A program made the position numbers and the translations under genes. Below are positions 52,297 through 64,000 of a stretch of DNA of 64,000 nucleotides, piece after piece. The stretch spans positions 103,478,001 through 103,542,000 of the forward strand of contig NC_042999.1 of NCBI RefSeq assembly GCF_006345805.1, given 5' to 3'. Every line of letters begins with the position of its first letter. The stretch's first letter is position 1. The notes beneath the pieces were generated by a model. It did no database searches. It had not been told where the DNA came from and saw only the letters and a list, made by a program, of their open reading frames with translations. Origin of the DNA: Octopus sinensis. Taxonomy: Eukaryota.

Positions 52297-52960
52297 GACG
52301 TCGCACACTGTACAATATCGTGAGGTTGTTGATTGGAGATGTGTCTGCTGAGGTTTTGTACTGTTTGTCAAGTCACAACAAGGACTTCAGACAGACAGTA
52401 CTTTACACAATATGCGTGCAGTTCCAATTAATGCCGACTTTTGCAATACATCTAGATTGTAGGGTATCTCTAAAGTTTTCAGATGTTTTTTTTTTTTCAG
52501 ATTGGGTGGTATTGAAGCGAATGCACCGATGACAACAGGGATAAACTTTATGTTTGGCTCTCATGGCTGCCACATTTTAGCGATCTCAATTCTCAGGTCT
52601 CCATATTAATCAACCTTTTCTCTTTCTTTCATGAAGATATGTTGATCTCCTGGCGCTACCATGTCAATTATTAGGCCCTCTTGTTTGTCCTTCCTAAAGA
52701 TTACTATATCCGACCTTCGGTGCTCTATTGCTTTGTCTGGAAGTCAAAGTCCCAGAAGATTTTTGCCTTCCTTTTTCGTCTATTACCTTTTCTGGTGTAT
52801 GTTGGTACCGAGCACTCGTAACCTCATATCCATACTTACAGCATAGTAACCTCAGTGGGGGTTTGTGCTATCTTGTCGTGTCTGCGCTTGTACTCTTTCT
52901 GCGCAAGACTTTCACAAGCACTAACAATGTGAGTCACGCTTTCGACCCTCTACCCACACA
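52297..52960 (-). mobile_element. Decayed R4/Dong-type RLE fragment (another family) between (ATT)n tracts
   Basis: Minus strand RHDKIAQ…YQHTPEKVI…KIFWDFDFQT…IEHRRSDIVI…LIIDMVAPGD…YGDLRIEIAKMW…IPVVIGA. Confidence 0.82.
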
Positions 52961-53059
52961 TATCTGCAGAGGTTCGTTGCACTTGTGTGGTATAAATTCT
53001 TTTTCACTGTGTTGTTATTATTATTATCTGTTTTATTATTATTATTATTATTATTATTC

Positions 53060-53510
53060 AGGTGGTGAGCTAGCAGAATCATTAATTCTTCGGACAAAAT
53101 GCTTTGCTTAGCAGCATTCCTTCATGCTCCTTACACTCTGAGTTCAAATTCCGACGTGTACCTATACCATTAACCCTGAAATGGTTTGGTAGAATGGGCA
53201 CCAATTGAGCACTGGCCTCGATGTCATCAACTATTCCTCTCCCACGAAAGTTCCAGCCGTATGCGCAGAGTAAAATTGATTGCTATTATTATTATCGCAA
53301 GGTATTTTGTCCGAAGTGGGAATGTCGGAAAAAATGCTTTCCAGTGTTGCTTCCGAATCTTTACGTTCTAAATTGAAAACGTAAAGACCAACTTTATCTT
53401 TCCTCCTTTCGGAGTGACAAAATAAAGTATCAGTGATATATAGACCTCGGCGGTTTCCACTAAACGTTTGTCTCTCAAAATTCCAGACCTTGTGCTTATT
53501 GTGCAGACCA
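53060..53510 (+). mobile_element. Two diverged SINE family A copies
   Basis: GGTGGTGAGCTAGCAGAATC…GAGTTCAAATTCCG; CTTTCCTCCTTTCGGAGTGACAAAATAAAGTA…AAATTCCAGACCTTGTGC. Confidence 0.7.
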
Positions 53511-53974
53511 TTATTATTAATTACATGATTTGGCATAAATCCGTCCTTATTGGCAAAATCCCACAACTTTGTACCTCAATCATTGATAAACTGATCTTCT
53601 TTACCAAATCTGGCACTACGGCATAACGTTTGTGTGATAACATTTTGATATGTTATCGTTATGTCTTTGGTAAAGGGTATTTTTTTAATTATTTTATTCC
53701 ATTGGCCTCATTCATTGAACTGCTGCCAATGTCAGCCGCCTCCTTTGAAGAGATAGACGACTCATCGATACCACAACATATTTCAATCTAATATTTATTA
53801 CATTGATCTCTTACAGTCGACCTGCAATGCCGCTGGACATAAAAAGCAATACATAAACAGGCCTGTTTTTTTATTTGTTATATGGATAAAAACATAAAAT
53901 ACAGACACACAGGTATACACTTGTCGTCCCACATACACACACGTGCTTGTGCGCCTTAGTTCATCGGGGCCACC

Positions 53975-54027
<53 letters not shown>

Positions 54028-54094
54028 GATGATGATGATCATCATCATCATCCTCTTTCATTCAGTCTCTCTCTTCCAGCCATTTCAGTATGTT

Positions 54095-54285
54095 GAACCG
54101 TTAGTCTCTACCCATTTTTGTCTCTCTGTTTTTTTTCATTCTTTCTCCGTTCCCTGCCTCTTAATCCTTTCTGCCGAAGAGCGTAGGCTCGAAACGTAAA
54201 AGACTTTATTCTTCCCGAGCGTTAAACTAATACACTTGCTTGTTGTTCCTACATCTGTCTTCGTCCTTTGTTTTCTGTAAATTTG

Positions 54286-54289
<4 letters not shown>
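54095..54289 (+). mobile_element. Family H1 hammerhead-like repeat, copy 3, followed by (TA)n
   Basis: CCTTTCTGCCGAAGAGCGTAGGCTCGAAACGTAAAAGAC at 54166-54204 plus the shared 3' sequence. Confidence 0.8.
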
Positions 54290-54339
<50 letters not shown>

Positions 54340-54343
<4 letters not shown>

Positions 54344-55125
54344 TAGAAAGAATGTGATAACAAAATCAAGGCTGTGATGAGTTTTCGGGACATTTATAAG
54401 GAAATAGTCTTACAGCTGTTTCTGGGATATTATGGATATCCTTTCATCAGAGACGGTGTGAGAAGGTTAAATTAACGAAATACTTGAGTTCGAATTATTA
54501 TGGAAAGGGAGAAAGGGAGTAGATGGGGAATATAGAGTGAAATAAGAGAATGAAAGTAGGAATAAGATATATAAGATATTGTATTCCTTTATTCGAGGAA
54601 AATGGTGTATAGAAATCGCAAAAAGGTTTCCTATACATGGTATGTAAGCCGTGGAATCTGTGTTGCTCGTTCGAAAGGGTTTTGTGGTGTGAATGAAAAT
54701 TTAAGAATGTATTGGTAGTATTTATGGATTGATGGGGGGGAGGAGATATGTGTATTATACCCATATACAAATACATACATACACAAAATACATGAACACA
54801 CATTTACACACACTCAAGTATCCGTTTGTATGTCCATATATGTAGTTTTAAATGATTGTGATCCTTAGAGTAAGATAGGTGAGTTAAAAAATTAAAGATT
54901 AATAATTAAACTGGAGATAAGTAGGGTTGTTGGAGATTACCTAAGGGGTGTTGTGGATATATACTGTGTGGTTATTTAGGCTAAATTTAGATTTGTGGTA
55001 AAATTTGAAGGTGTGAAAAAAGCGGTAGTTGCATGTACTTAGGGCCTCATTATATTTATTTAGAAGTGTTGAGGAGTTGTGTTTTAATATGTGGAATGCC
55101 TCTTTAAGTAATTCTTCAATTTATT
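54340..55125 (-). mobile_element. 3' end of a second Penelope-like element
   Basis: Minus strand 55120-55020 reads LLKEAFHILKHNSSTLLNKYNEALSTC (PLE C-terminus, E..HI….LLNK..E..S.C). Hammerhead downstream; ends at (TA)n. Confidence 0.65.
54407..54454 (-). ncRNA. Minimal type I hammerhead ribozyme motif (canonical core)
   Basis: GUCU-CUGAUGA-AAGGAUAU-CCAUA-AUAUCCCA-GAAA-CAGCUG-UA-AGAC. Perfect stem I, stem II GGAUAU/AUAUCC, palindromic stem III ACAGCUGU, GUA triplet. Confidence 0.78.
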
Positions 55126-55137
55126 CTTCCCACATTA

Positions 55138-55460
55138 GTGAAGATACGTGGCTTAGTAGTTAGGGCACGCAGTTCATGACCTTACAGTCGTTATTTCGAT
55201 TCCCGGTGGTGCGTTATGTCCTTCAGCAAGGCGCTTTGTTTCACGTTGCTCCAGTCCATTGAGCTGACAAAAATGAGTAGTACCTGTAATTCAAAAGATC
55301 AGCCTTGTCACATTCTGTTTCATGATGAATCTCCCTCAGAACTATGTTAAGGGCACCCGTGTCTGTGGAGTGCTCAGTCATTTGCACGCTAACTTTACCA
55401 ACAGGCTGTTCTGCTAATTGGATCAACTGGAATCCTTGTTGTCGTAACCGACGAAGTACT
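55138..55460 (+). mobile_element. SINE family C (V-domain-like)
   Basis: GTGGCTTAGTAGTTAGG (A box), TTCGATTCCC (B box), GTCCTTCAGCAAGGCGCTTTGTTTCACGTTGCTCCAGTCCA. Confidence 0.78.
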
Positions 55461-56374
55461 CTTTTATTTTTATATTCACTTCACAATTACATAGTATGAG
55501 GTTCGAATCCACTGAATGTTTACCATGGCTATGTGTCTCCTATGTTCAATCAAAGCTTTGTGGTAGTTTTGTAGATGAAAATTGTGTTATCCCCAACAGA
55601 CAGAATAAATGTTTATACAGAATAAACGTCGTAAACTTAACCCGCTACTGGTTTCAAGACAGCCCCTTGGCTGTCTTGAAACCGGCAGCTTTAAGTGCTT
55701 TTAACAGAACCCACTGTTTTGCAAGACATTTTCCCCACACCTCCGTTCTGAGGATATGTGCTTCGTTTCACCCATGAATCATAGGAAACCCTGAACAAAA
55801 CCATGAGAGCTATATTCCATACTGTTTGTCGTTAAAAATTTACAAAACGTCCACAGCTTCCAAATAACTACCTCCACCCACACTTTTTCCCCATTGATGA
55901 AGTCAATAAAGCTAATCTCCCATTGATGGATATGTCTGCCAGTGAAAACATCAAACCTTATAATTCTTATCTAACTATAAAGATAAATACGCAAGATTAA
56001 ATATATAAGAATGTTGCATATTTTAAAACAACTAATCCACTAATAACTTCTCTTATGTGTCTACGCATACACAGATATTAAATAAAGTGTTATGTTTGTT
56101 CCCTCCAGACGCTTTCTCTACCCCGTGTGCCATATCTTCTAGGAATTTTCTTATGTATTGACACGAACGATACAAAGTAGAATGAAAGTTCCATTCCATA
56201 ACGTAGGCTGTAAATCTATTCACATCTCTAGCAAACTCTTTTCAAAACTACTAACAGTTCCGGAGAACGTTTCTGATTATTCAATGATAAAGACATTAAA
56301 TGACTAATCTAACAACAATGAAAGATATTGTTCATGTGTATATGCACATAAATACATCCATACACCCATACACA

Positions 56375-56468
56375 TAACATGCACACACGCACCACACACA
56401 CACGCGCATATATATATGCACACATGGGCTCTCACACACACACACCGGATTTTTTATCAACTAAACTA

Positions 56469-56531
<63 letters not shown>

Positions 56532-56597
56532 TCACACACACACACGTCGGATTGTTTATCAACTTAACTACGCTATGACTTAGATATTTCTGTTTGG

Positions 56598-56634
<37 letters not shown>

Positions 56635-56743
56635 CTTGCATCAAGTGTATTTATGTGTCTGTGTGACGTATGTGCATTTTATGCCCATACACAGAGATAA
56701 TAGCATTGATCAACGTATACATACAGTTTTATGTGAATAAATT

Positions 56744-56781
<38 letters not shown>

Positions 56782-57290
56782 CACACATACATAAATATAT
56801 ATATATACATACGTACATACATAGATAGCCACATGCGTACATGTAAGTAATTATAGTCATGCATGTTGGTAGTTATAAATATTCAGCAAGACTATGTCTT
56901 AGTTTAGAGAGACATGTAATGAAGTCACATAATCACAAATGAGTGATTTGTTTTATTACATAAGGTTTAATAGATTTTGCTGGAACAATAATGCCAATAC
57001 CGAAACACGAGACATCAGAAAATGTGCAGCAAAACGAAAAACTAAAGTACACAAGAATTTAAGTTATAGGAGTACCCATTTATTTGTATGTGTGTATATG
57101 TGTGTATACATGTGTATGGAGTGTTTCTCTACAGATGTGTATATATGTATATGTCTGTCTGTCTGTATGTACGTATGTATGTATGTGCGTACATGTGCGT
57201 ATTTATGTGTGTGTGTATGTATATGTGTGTGCGAGTATGTGTGTGTGTGTCTGTGTATGTGAGTTTGTGCATGTGTGCTTGCATATATAT
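56375..57290. repeat. Compound (CA)/(TA)/(TG) microsatellite fields
   Basis: Directly visible. Includes a duplicated CGGATT.TTTATCAACT.AACTACGC unit on either side of (TA)n 56470-56525. Confidence 0.85.
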
Positions 57291-57610
57291 CCTAACTACA
57301 CGCAAAGTTATCTTCTATAATTGCGCACTGAAACCTAACTTTTAAGAAACAGGAAAAATACTTTTCTTAATAACTTCTCAAGAAGTTTACATACAAAACT
57401 GAGATAATGGGATAATCCACTTGATATTTCCATTATCTCAGGAGCAATAATAGTAATTTGTCATTAATTTCTGTCAAGTATCAATGTTGAGGCGGCGGTA
57501 CTGTTGCTACATTTGGAAGCATAGGACTCGGGTTCTCTTACTAAAAATAATTCATTCCTATTTCTTTTCTACACCGAGGGCCGTTCTTAGTAGCGTTATC
57601 GGCCTCCAAA

Positions 57611-57815
57611 AGGCGGCAAGCTGTCAGAATTATTAGCACGCACCAAGAAGAATCCTTCGCGGCATTTTACCGGCTTTACGTTCCGAGTTCAAATTCCATC
57701 GAGGTCGACTGTACCTTTCATCCTTTCGGGGTTGAAAAATAAAAACCAGTACAACACTGGTATGGATATAATCGAATAGCACCCACCCCTATAAATTTCA
57801 GGTCATTTGCATATA
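57611..57815 (+). mobile_element. SINE family A, diverged short-tail copy
   Basis: AGGCGGCAAGCTGTCAGAA…GAGTTCAAATTCC…CCTTTCATCCTTTCGGGGT…AAATTTCAGG. Confidence 0.8.
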
Positions 57816-57859
57816 GTATTTCAATGTTCCGAGTAATTAAATGTTCTGTACCTTTTCTT

Positions 57860-58261
57860 TGGTTCTTTCACTTGTTTCAGTCAATTGACTGCGGCCATGC
57901 TGGAGCACCGCCTTTAGTCTAACAAATCGACCTCAGGACTTATTCTTTACTTGTCTAGTACGTATTCTATTGGTTTCTTTTCCCGAACCGCTAAGATTCG
58001 GGGACGTAAATACACCAACATCGGTTATCAAATGATCGTGATGGACAAACACAGACACACAAATATATGCATATGTATATATATATAAATCTATAAATAA
58101 GCCGGGCTTCTTTCGGTTGCCGTCTACCAAATCCACACAAAGCTTTCGTCGGACCGAGGCTATAGCAGAAGACACTTGCTCAAAGTTCCACGCAGTGTGA
58201 CTGAACACGGAACCATGTGGTTGAGAAGCAAGTTTCTTACCACACAGGCACTCCTCCGCCT
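57860..58261 (-). mobile_element. SINE family B, full length
   Basis: Reverse complement of the 23362-23827 architecture with a shorter internal microsatellite. Confidence 0.88.
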
Positions 58262-58627
58262 AGTATTTATTCATTGACTGCAAGCAAAAACATACAACGA
58301 TTAAAACTGATCCACTTGCTCCGAGAAGCCGTCCGGCAACTCTCCAGTGTTGTCATGCTTTACATAGGACTGTCTACGCTGTAATACGAATATTGTTATA
58401 AATATTGTTATTGACTTTTAGTTCAACGTTAACCCACATCATAAAGAACTGTAATCAAGGGCATACCAACCGTGACTATTCATATTTTTATGCACATTAT
58501 ATTAACTAATATGTCTTTCCTATATGATAACATTTTATTGGTGAGAAATTTGCTTACCATTTGGTTACCATTTCCAGCACATGGAAGCGATTATACAGAC
58601 ACGATTTTGTTAATCGGGTACTTAGAA

Positions 58628-58845
58628 AGTGACGAATTGGCAGAATCGTTACCACGCCGGGAAAATTGCTTAGGGGCATATCTTTCGTCTTTTTATGTTC
58701 TGAGTTCAAATTCCGCTGAGGTCGAATTTGCTTTTCATCCTTTCGGGGTCGATAAAATGAGTACTAATCAGGTAGTAGGGGTTAATGCAATCGACTTTCT
58801 CCTCCTGTGAAACTGCGGACTGTGTACCAAAAATTGAAACCACTA
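58628..58845 (+). mobile_element. SINE family A, diverged
   Basis: TGGCAGAATCGTTACCACGCCGGG…GAGTTCAAATTCCGCTGAGGTCGAATTTGCTTTTCATCCTTTCGGGGTCGATAAAATGAGTAC. Confidence 0.82.
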
Positions 58846-61529
58846 TTCAGGTACTAGGATATGAGCTCGTTATGAATTGGATTTTATTGATCCTATTTTT
58901 AATAGCTTAGTCATTGGAACAAGAGTAGGATCCATGACTGATGACAAATTACAACGCGTGTTACTGTGGTATAAGACAAAACATCTGATTGCTAAATTGG
59001 TGATTTCTTCTGAAAATCTGTAATACATTGGATTCTGCCCAAGGCGGCCTAGGTAGTTGTGTTAAATACTACAGACTCGATGATATGGTGGGAGACACCT
59101 TCCCGAGTGCAGCACACATACCGAGGTGAACTTTTTTTAACACACGGCCTGTTTGGTACCATTTTATTCTACCTTACACCACCAATACTAATTAGTGTAG
59201 TATAAACATCGAAAATATTTACAGCTTCTATCTACATTTTTTTCGATAATGACAAAGGAAGCCAAAGCCATATTATTCTCTTACAACATACTTTTCCTTT
59301 CCATTATAGATTCGGTTCTTATTTGTCAGTTTATGAACTCACAAACTAAGAATAAAATAGTCATATTTTGAGAGCAATCTGATGCAAGTATTTAAAAGCA
59401 TCAGCTATGATAATATTTAAGTCTTCTTTTTCAGTATTTTTTCAGCATTTATAACCTTTAAAAGATGAAAACTGGTCTATGAATATTATCTATTTGGCAA
59501 TTATAAATACCGGTTATAAACAGTAGGCTTACAGATATATTTTACGAGATGTTTATCAAAGTACTGAGACTGATAAGTAAGGCAGCTCAATTAGTTAGAT
59601 TAGTCATCAAAAGACTCACGTAGAATAGGTGAGTGTCGATTTCTATAGCATCTAGTGGATAAGAGAAATATATCTGTGGTTAGCACGTTAATCAAAGATA
59701 GCTATACCTGAGGTTGAAATTAAGTTCGACACAGCAAGCTAATGATTCGCTGCCCATTCCAACATGCTCTCACTGTCTATAACATTGAATTACATCAGAT
59801 ACAGCATCTAGAAGACATTCTCATGACCATCTAAATGTTTTGTTCCTGAAGAAACTCAACGGAATACTATAGATAATGTGAGAACCGTTGTCTCCTCGTC
59901 TGATTTTCTTATATCATGTCTGTTAGTACTGCATATAAGAATACGAATTATTAATAACTTTAAACTAATAAGAAAGGCGGGTTTTAAATAAACACTTCTT
60001 TAACTTAAAGAAGATTTGTTAATATCATATCTCTCCTTCTCAGAATACATTCTCTTTTATCTGAGTGATTGTTGTTATTCAGATCTGTAGAATACATGTA
60101 ATTCTTAGAATGAGTTAGGTCCATAATTCTGTTTAAATTTTCGCTTGAAACAACTTCATTGCACTTGCTTTCTAATTGCATTGAAAATATGAACATCACA
60201 AAATCTCATTTGTTTTCTTTTAGAATGTGAGGTTCTGGTGGCTAAGTAATAAGTGTTCATTTTGTTGTATCTGCAAATTGATGGCAGCTTTTGGCTAATA
60301 GAAAAGCAAATTTTCTTTACATATATTTTTTTTAAGACTGAAGTCACTTTTGAAAAGTACTCAGATATTTCAAAAAAAGATTTTTGTAACGCATTTATTT
60401 GATTTCATTCTGACATGTTCGACGTAGCTTATTAAAAATGTGTTGCGTTTAAAATAGTTACTGATATCACACTTTCTTTTTTATACATGTTCTTCGATGA
60501 TAGTTTGTCAGCGTTCAGAAATTCTTCAGAGACAATTCGGTTAACAATGAGAATTGAAACATTGATAATGTTGTTTTCTGTTGTTGCTACTGCTGCTGCC
60601 ACTGTGTAAATCCCAGTCGATTTTGTTCGAGCAGGTCTTTGTAACCGATATTGTTGTGTTCATTGTTTAAGTGGGAGTGGCCATAAACAACAACAACGAT
60701 TACGATGGCTTTCCTAGATCATAACTGACCCTAGGTTACTTGTTAATAAAAATATCGATTGCTCAAATATTTACTATTTGACAATGAAATCATTTAAGTC
60801 ATTTCTCGTTTGGGTGTTCTAAAATCTCTCTTAATCAAAAGATAAAATTTCCTAAAAATTATTTTAATAAATTTCTGAAGATTTTCTGGAAATAACATGT
60901 GGGGATCTCTTTTCAGAGATTTGAAATTCATTTTTCTAACATGGAGCTTGCAGAGTATAGTTGAAATGTAACTTACTTTGAACAAGCAGTTTGCTACTAT
61001 TAAAGTATCATATTTACTGTCTTCTTAGGATATCTGCACCAGATGCAATTATTTAAAATGTAGATGTTTCCTTGTGTTTAATTGGTTCACTGCTGTATTG
61101 CAAGCTTCATTCTGTGTAGCTCATGAAATATTTTCAGTAATACTACAAATGTTTTCAGCCATTTGAAAAAAAAGCATACATTCTTCTCGGATCGATAAAA
61201 ATAACTTCCAGTTATATATATATATATATATATATATAAGTCGATTAAACTGAATGACTTTTCTCTTAGAAAATGATAACCTTGTGGTAAAGTCATAATT
61301 TGTAGGACGTCAAAAAATGATACCTGTCGGTATTTACGTTCTGCATTCAAATACAATTTGGAATTGACCCTTTACGATCATATTCAAATTCTTCTTCGGC
61401 CTAGGGTCGAGTTAATAAACTAATATACTCACCTTCATAGTTGCTAGCCTTATCGGATGCTCTAACGATCGCTGGCATTGTCGGATGTTCTAACGATTTA
61501 AAGGATAAAAAAAAAAACGGATATGGTAA

Positions 61530-62190
61530 AATCGTTAGAGCATCTGACAAGATCATGGCACTATTCTAAGCGTTCTAAGTGCAAATCCAACCGGAATCAA
61601 CTTCACTTTTCATTCTTTCAGAGTTGATAAGTTAAGAATTTGTCAAAAACAGAGGTCGATGGTATTGACTATCCTCTCACCACTACTACCGCCATCAAAT
61701 GCCTAACCTTGGACTATGTTGAACACAATTATTATAAATAGTTCACATTTCCACCGAAGTTGACTTTGCCTTTCATCCTTTCGCGATCGGTAAAACAAGT
61801 ACCAGTTGAGCGATGGGGTCGTTGTAATCGACTCACCTCCTCCCCAAATGTTTTAAGCATTGTGCCTATAATACAAATATAAGTTCACATCCTGCTAAGG
61901 TCAACTTACCCTTTCATCCTCTTCAGGATCGATAAAATACAGTACATGTCAAAAACTGTCTTCGGTTTAATTTTTAAATATAATCCCCTTCTTCAAATTC
62001 CAAGTATTGTGCCTATGTAAAAAAAAACAACTAGTATTCGTTCTATTGTATTCTAACTTCAAATACCGCTGAGGTCAACTTTCCTTTTCACCCTCCTGTG
62101 GTCAATAAAATAAAGTTCCAATCAAGTACTGGGATCGAAGAAATCGGCTAATATCCCCTCCCTTCAAAATTACTGGTTTTGTGCCTAAAT
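61530..62190 (+). mobile_element. Head-to-tail array of four old SINE family A bodies
   Basis: Units at ~61530, 61740, 61880 and 62050, each with CAACTT…TTTCA(T/C)(C/T)CT…GAT(A)AA…AGTAC…GGTCG…TTGTGCCTA. Confidence 0.7.
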
Positions 62191-62444
62191 CATCATCATC
62201 ATCATCATCATTATTACTACATTGATTTTGTTGTTGCTACTACCGTTGTTCACGAAGATTAGTTCTAAGAGAGTCGATAGAATTCAATTGAAGACAAAAG
62301 ATATATGTATGTCAAGATTTTATTTAAATATATGAAGACAATGACTGTAAACAAAGTCTAGTATCTAATCAAGTACAACATTAAGCTTAACAGTAAACAA
62401 AATGAACATCTGATCTCTTGTGGTCTTTTATAATTCATCGACTT

Positions 62445-62480
62445 TCTATCTATCTAGCTACTTATCGATCCGTCTATCTA

Positions 62481-62515
<35 letters not shown>

Positions 62516-62556
62516 GTCTACCTATCTACCTATCTATCTATCTATCTATCTATCTA
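62445..62556. repeat. (TCTA)/(TCTG)n microsatellite
   Basis: Directly visible. Confidence 0.95.
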
Positions 62557-62560
62557 CCTC

Positions 62561-63197
62561 CAACTTAAAATTTTGTATTCTCCAACTTAAAATTTTCTAT
62601 CGTGAATATTGTCGCCTCCTTCCTTGAAACGGAAAGGAAGAGCCATTTTCATCGTATTTGTGACTATGGCGAAATAATGTGTATGGTGGATGCGTCTGAA
62701 AGGTCTAGAGACAAACACTTTCCTCTCTGGTGAATCTCTCATCAGCTTCTTCAAGTATCACTTCAAGAGGAAGGTTAGAGTAGAGAGGGAAGTTTTGACT
62801 AGTGAATGTTTCAAAAAAAGATGGGCAAATGTAGCAAGGATGGCACGTGTAATTGACGAAGCTACCCTGAGCATAATCCTATGAATAAAAAAAAAGGGAA
62901 AAAGAGAGTCACTTACTGTAATGCGTTTTTTTTTTCACGACATTATAACCCGAGGTTACCGTGGTCTTTTCCGTGGGCTTTTCTTTCCGCGAATAAACCT
63001 AATCCGTTTCCCCTTTTTACACTATGACATTTCTGTGATACACGATCCCTATTGATCGGCGTTTTTTAACGATCCGTTTTGATCGAATTTCTACCCGCCT
63101 TTCTTTTTTTTTCTTTTCGTTCTCTTCCTAAAAAGAAAAGCTCTACTTTGTATTTTGTCCCCTCTGTGTTCAGCCCTGTGTGGCCAATAAAGAAACA
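62561..63197 (+). mobile_element. 5'-truncated L1/Tx1-like LINE 3' end with candidate 10-bp TSD
   Basis: Peptide RKGRAIFIVFVTMAK*CVWWMRLKG…FFKYHFKRKVRVERE….CFKKRW resembles the Tx1/L1 ORF2 C-terminus. The 3' UTR ends AATAAAGAAA. TATCTACCTC occurs at 62551-60 and 63198-207. Confidence 0.65.
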
Positions 63198-63307
63198 TAT
63201 CTACCTCTTTCTTACCCCTTTCCCTATCTATTTTCTTTCTTCTTGTCTAAACCTCACTTCTCTTGTGTTCAGTCTTGATCACACTCATACCCTCTCCTCT
63301 CTCTCTT

Positions 63308-63346
<39 letters not shown>

Positions 63347-64000
63347 ATTTATACATATATTCATGCATGCGTGCATTCGTATGTATGCACATATGCACAC
63401 TAATACTCGCTCATACAAGTACATGCATAGACACAGCATTGACGTCAGGTTTCTTTCAACAGTTAAAAAGTAGTTCATCCGTTGTCTCTAGCATTCATTT
63501 GTTCTTAAGATGTCTTATCTACTGTGCTGGGTTTTGAGTTCTAACATATTTGTATTTCCTGCCGAACGAATAACAAACAGTTTCAACAGCGTTTCAGTAT
63601 TTCACGCCTAAAATTGCCTGCATTCTCTGAAATTCTAGGGTTTCATGTGTACTGGGATATGACTGGGATACATGAAATTCTGCCAATATAATTTACGTGG
63701 AGATTCCACAGATTTACTTGCCCTAGTAGTAATATCAGTTAAATTGCCTTCAAATCACACTGTAATATCTTGAATAAGGAAATGCTAATCCTACATGATC
63801 CTTAAAAAATTTAGTAGTAGCGTAAGGAATGCCTCCTAGTATATCTGTAATACATCATAGCTAACCTGAGGATAAACATGAACTTCAACACAATGAACAA
63901 CAGAAATAACAAGAATATCGTCGACAACAACTACCTTATGTCATATTGCATACCAGGAGATAACTTGTCTAATACAAACAAAGTATGGGGGATATTCGAT

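Noticed and set aside
59940-61170. Possible host exons on the minus strand (ORFs 60005..60199, 60156..60347, 60794..60985)
   Set aside because: No recognisable domain, stops in the plausible frames and no convincing splice pair. Cannot be excluded without RNA-seq.

Overview
AT-rich, microsatellite-dense animal genomic DNA. The SINE and LINE repertoire looks cephalopod (Octopus-like); this is inferred from repeat types and was not checked against a database. No host protein-coding gene could be supported, and most ORFs in the track are translated (TA)n/(CA)n/(ATT)n repeats. The window is a transposon graveyard. It holds a complete but decayed ~1.29-kb mariner with TIRs and TA TSD, and a near full-length ~3.9-kb R4/Dong-clade RLE retrotransposon inserted in (TAA)n, plus several other R4-type fragments. 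It also has 3' ends of RTE, CR1 and L1/Tx1 LINEs, Penelope-like (PLE) RT and GIY-YIG fragments, a hAT-type MITE, a Tc1/mariner fragment and three tRNA-type SINE families. Four signals stand out: (i) about a dozen minimal type I hammerhead-ribozyme(-like) motifs with palindromic stem III, sitting in PLE 3' ends and small (TA)n-embedded elements, two of which are foldbacks; (ii) a non-coding ~555-bp element in three copies that behaves like a (TAA)n-targeted passenger of Dong/R4; (iii) two SINE families whose 3' tails match LINE 3' ends (Tx1-like and CR1) present in this same window; (iv) an apparent partitioning of microsatellite targets among retroelement families.
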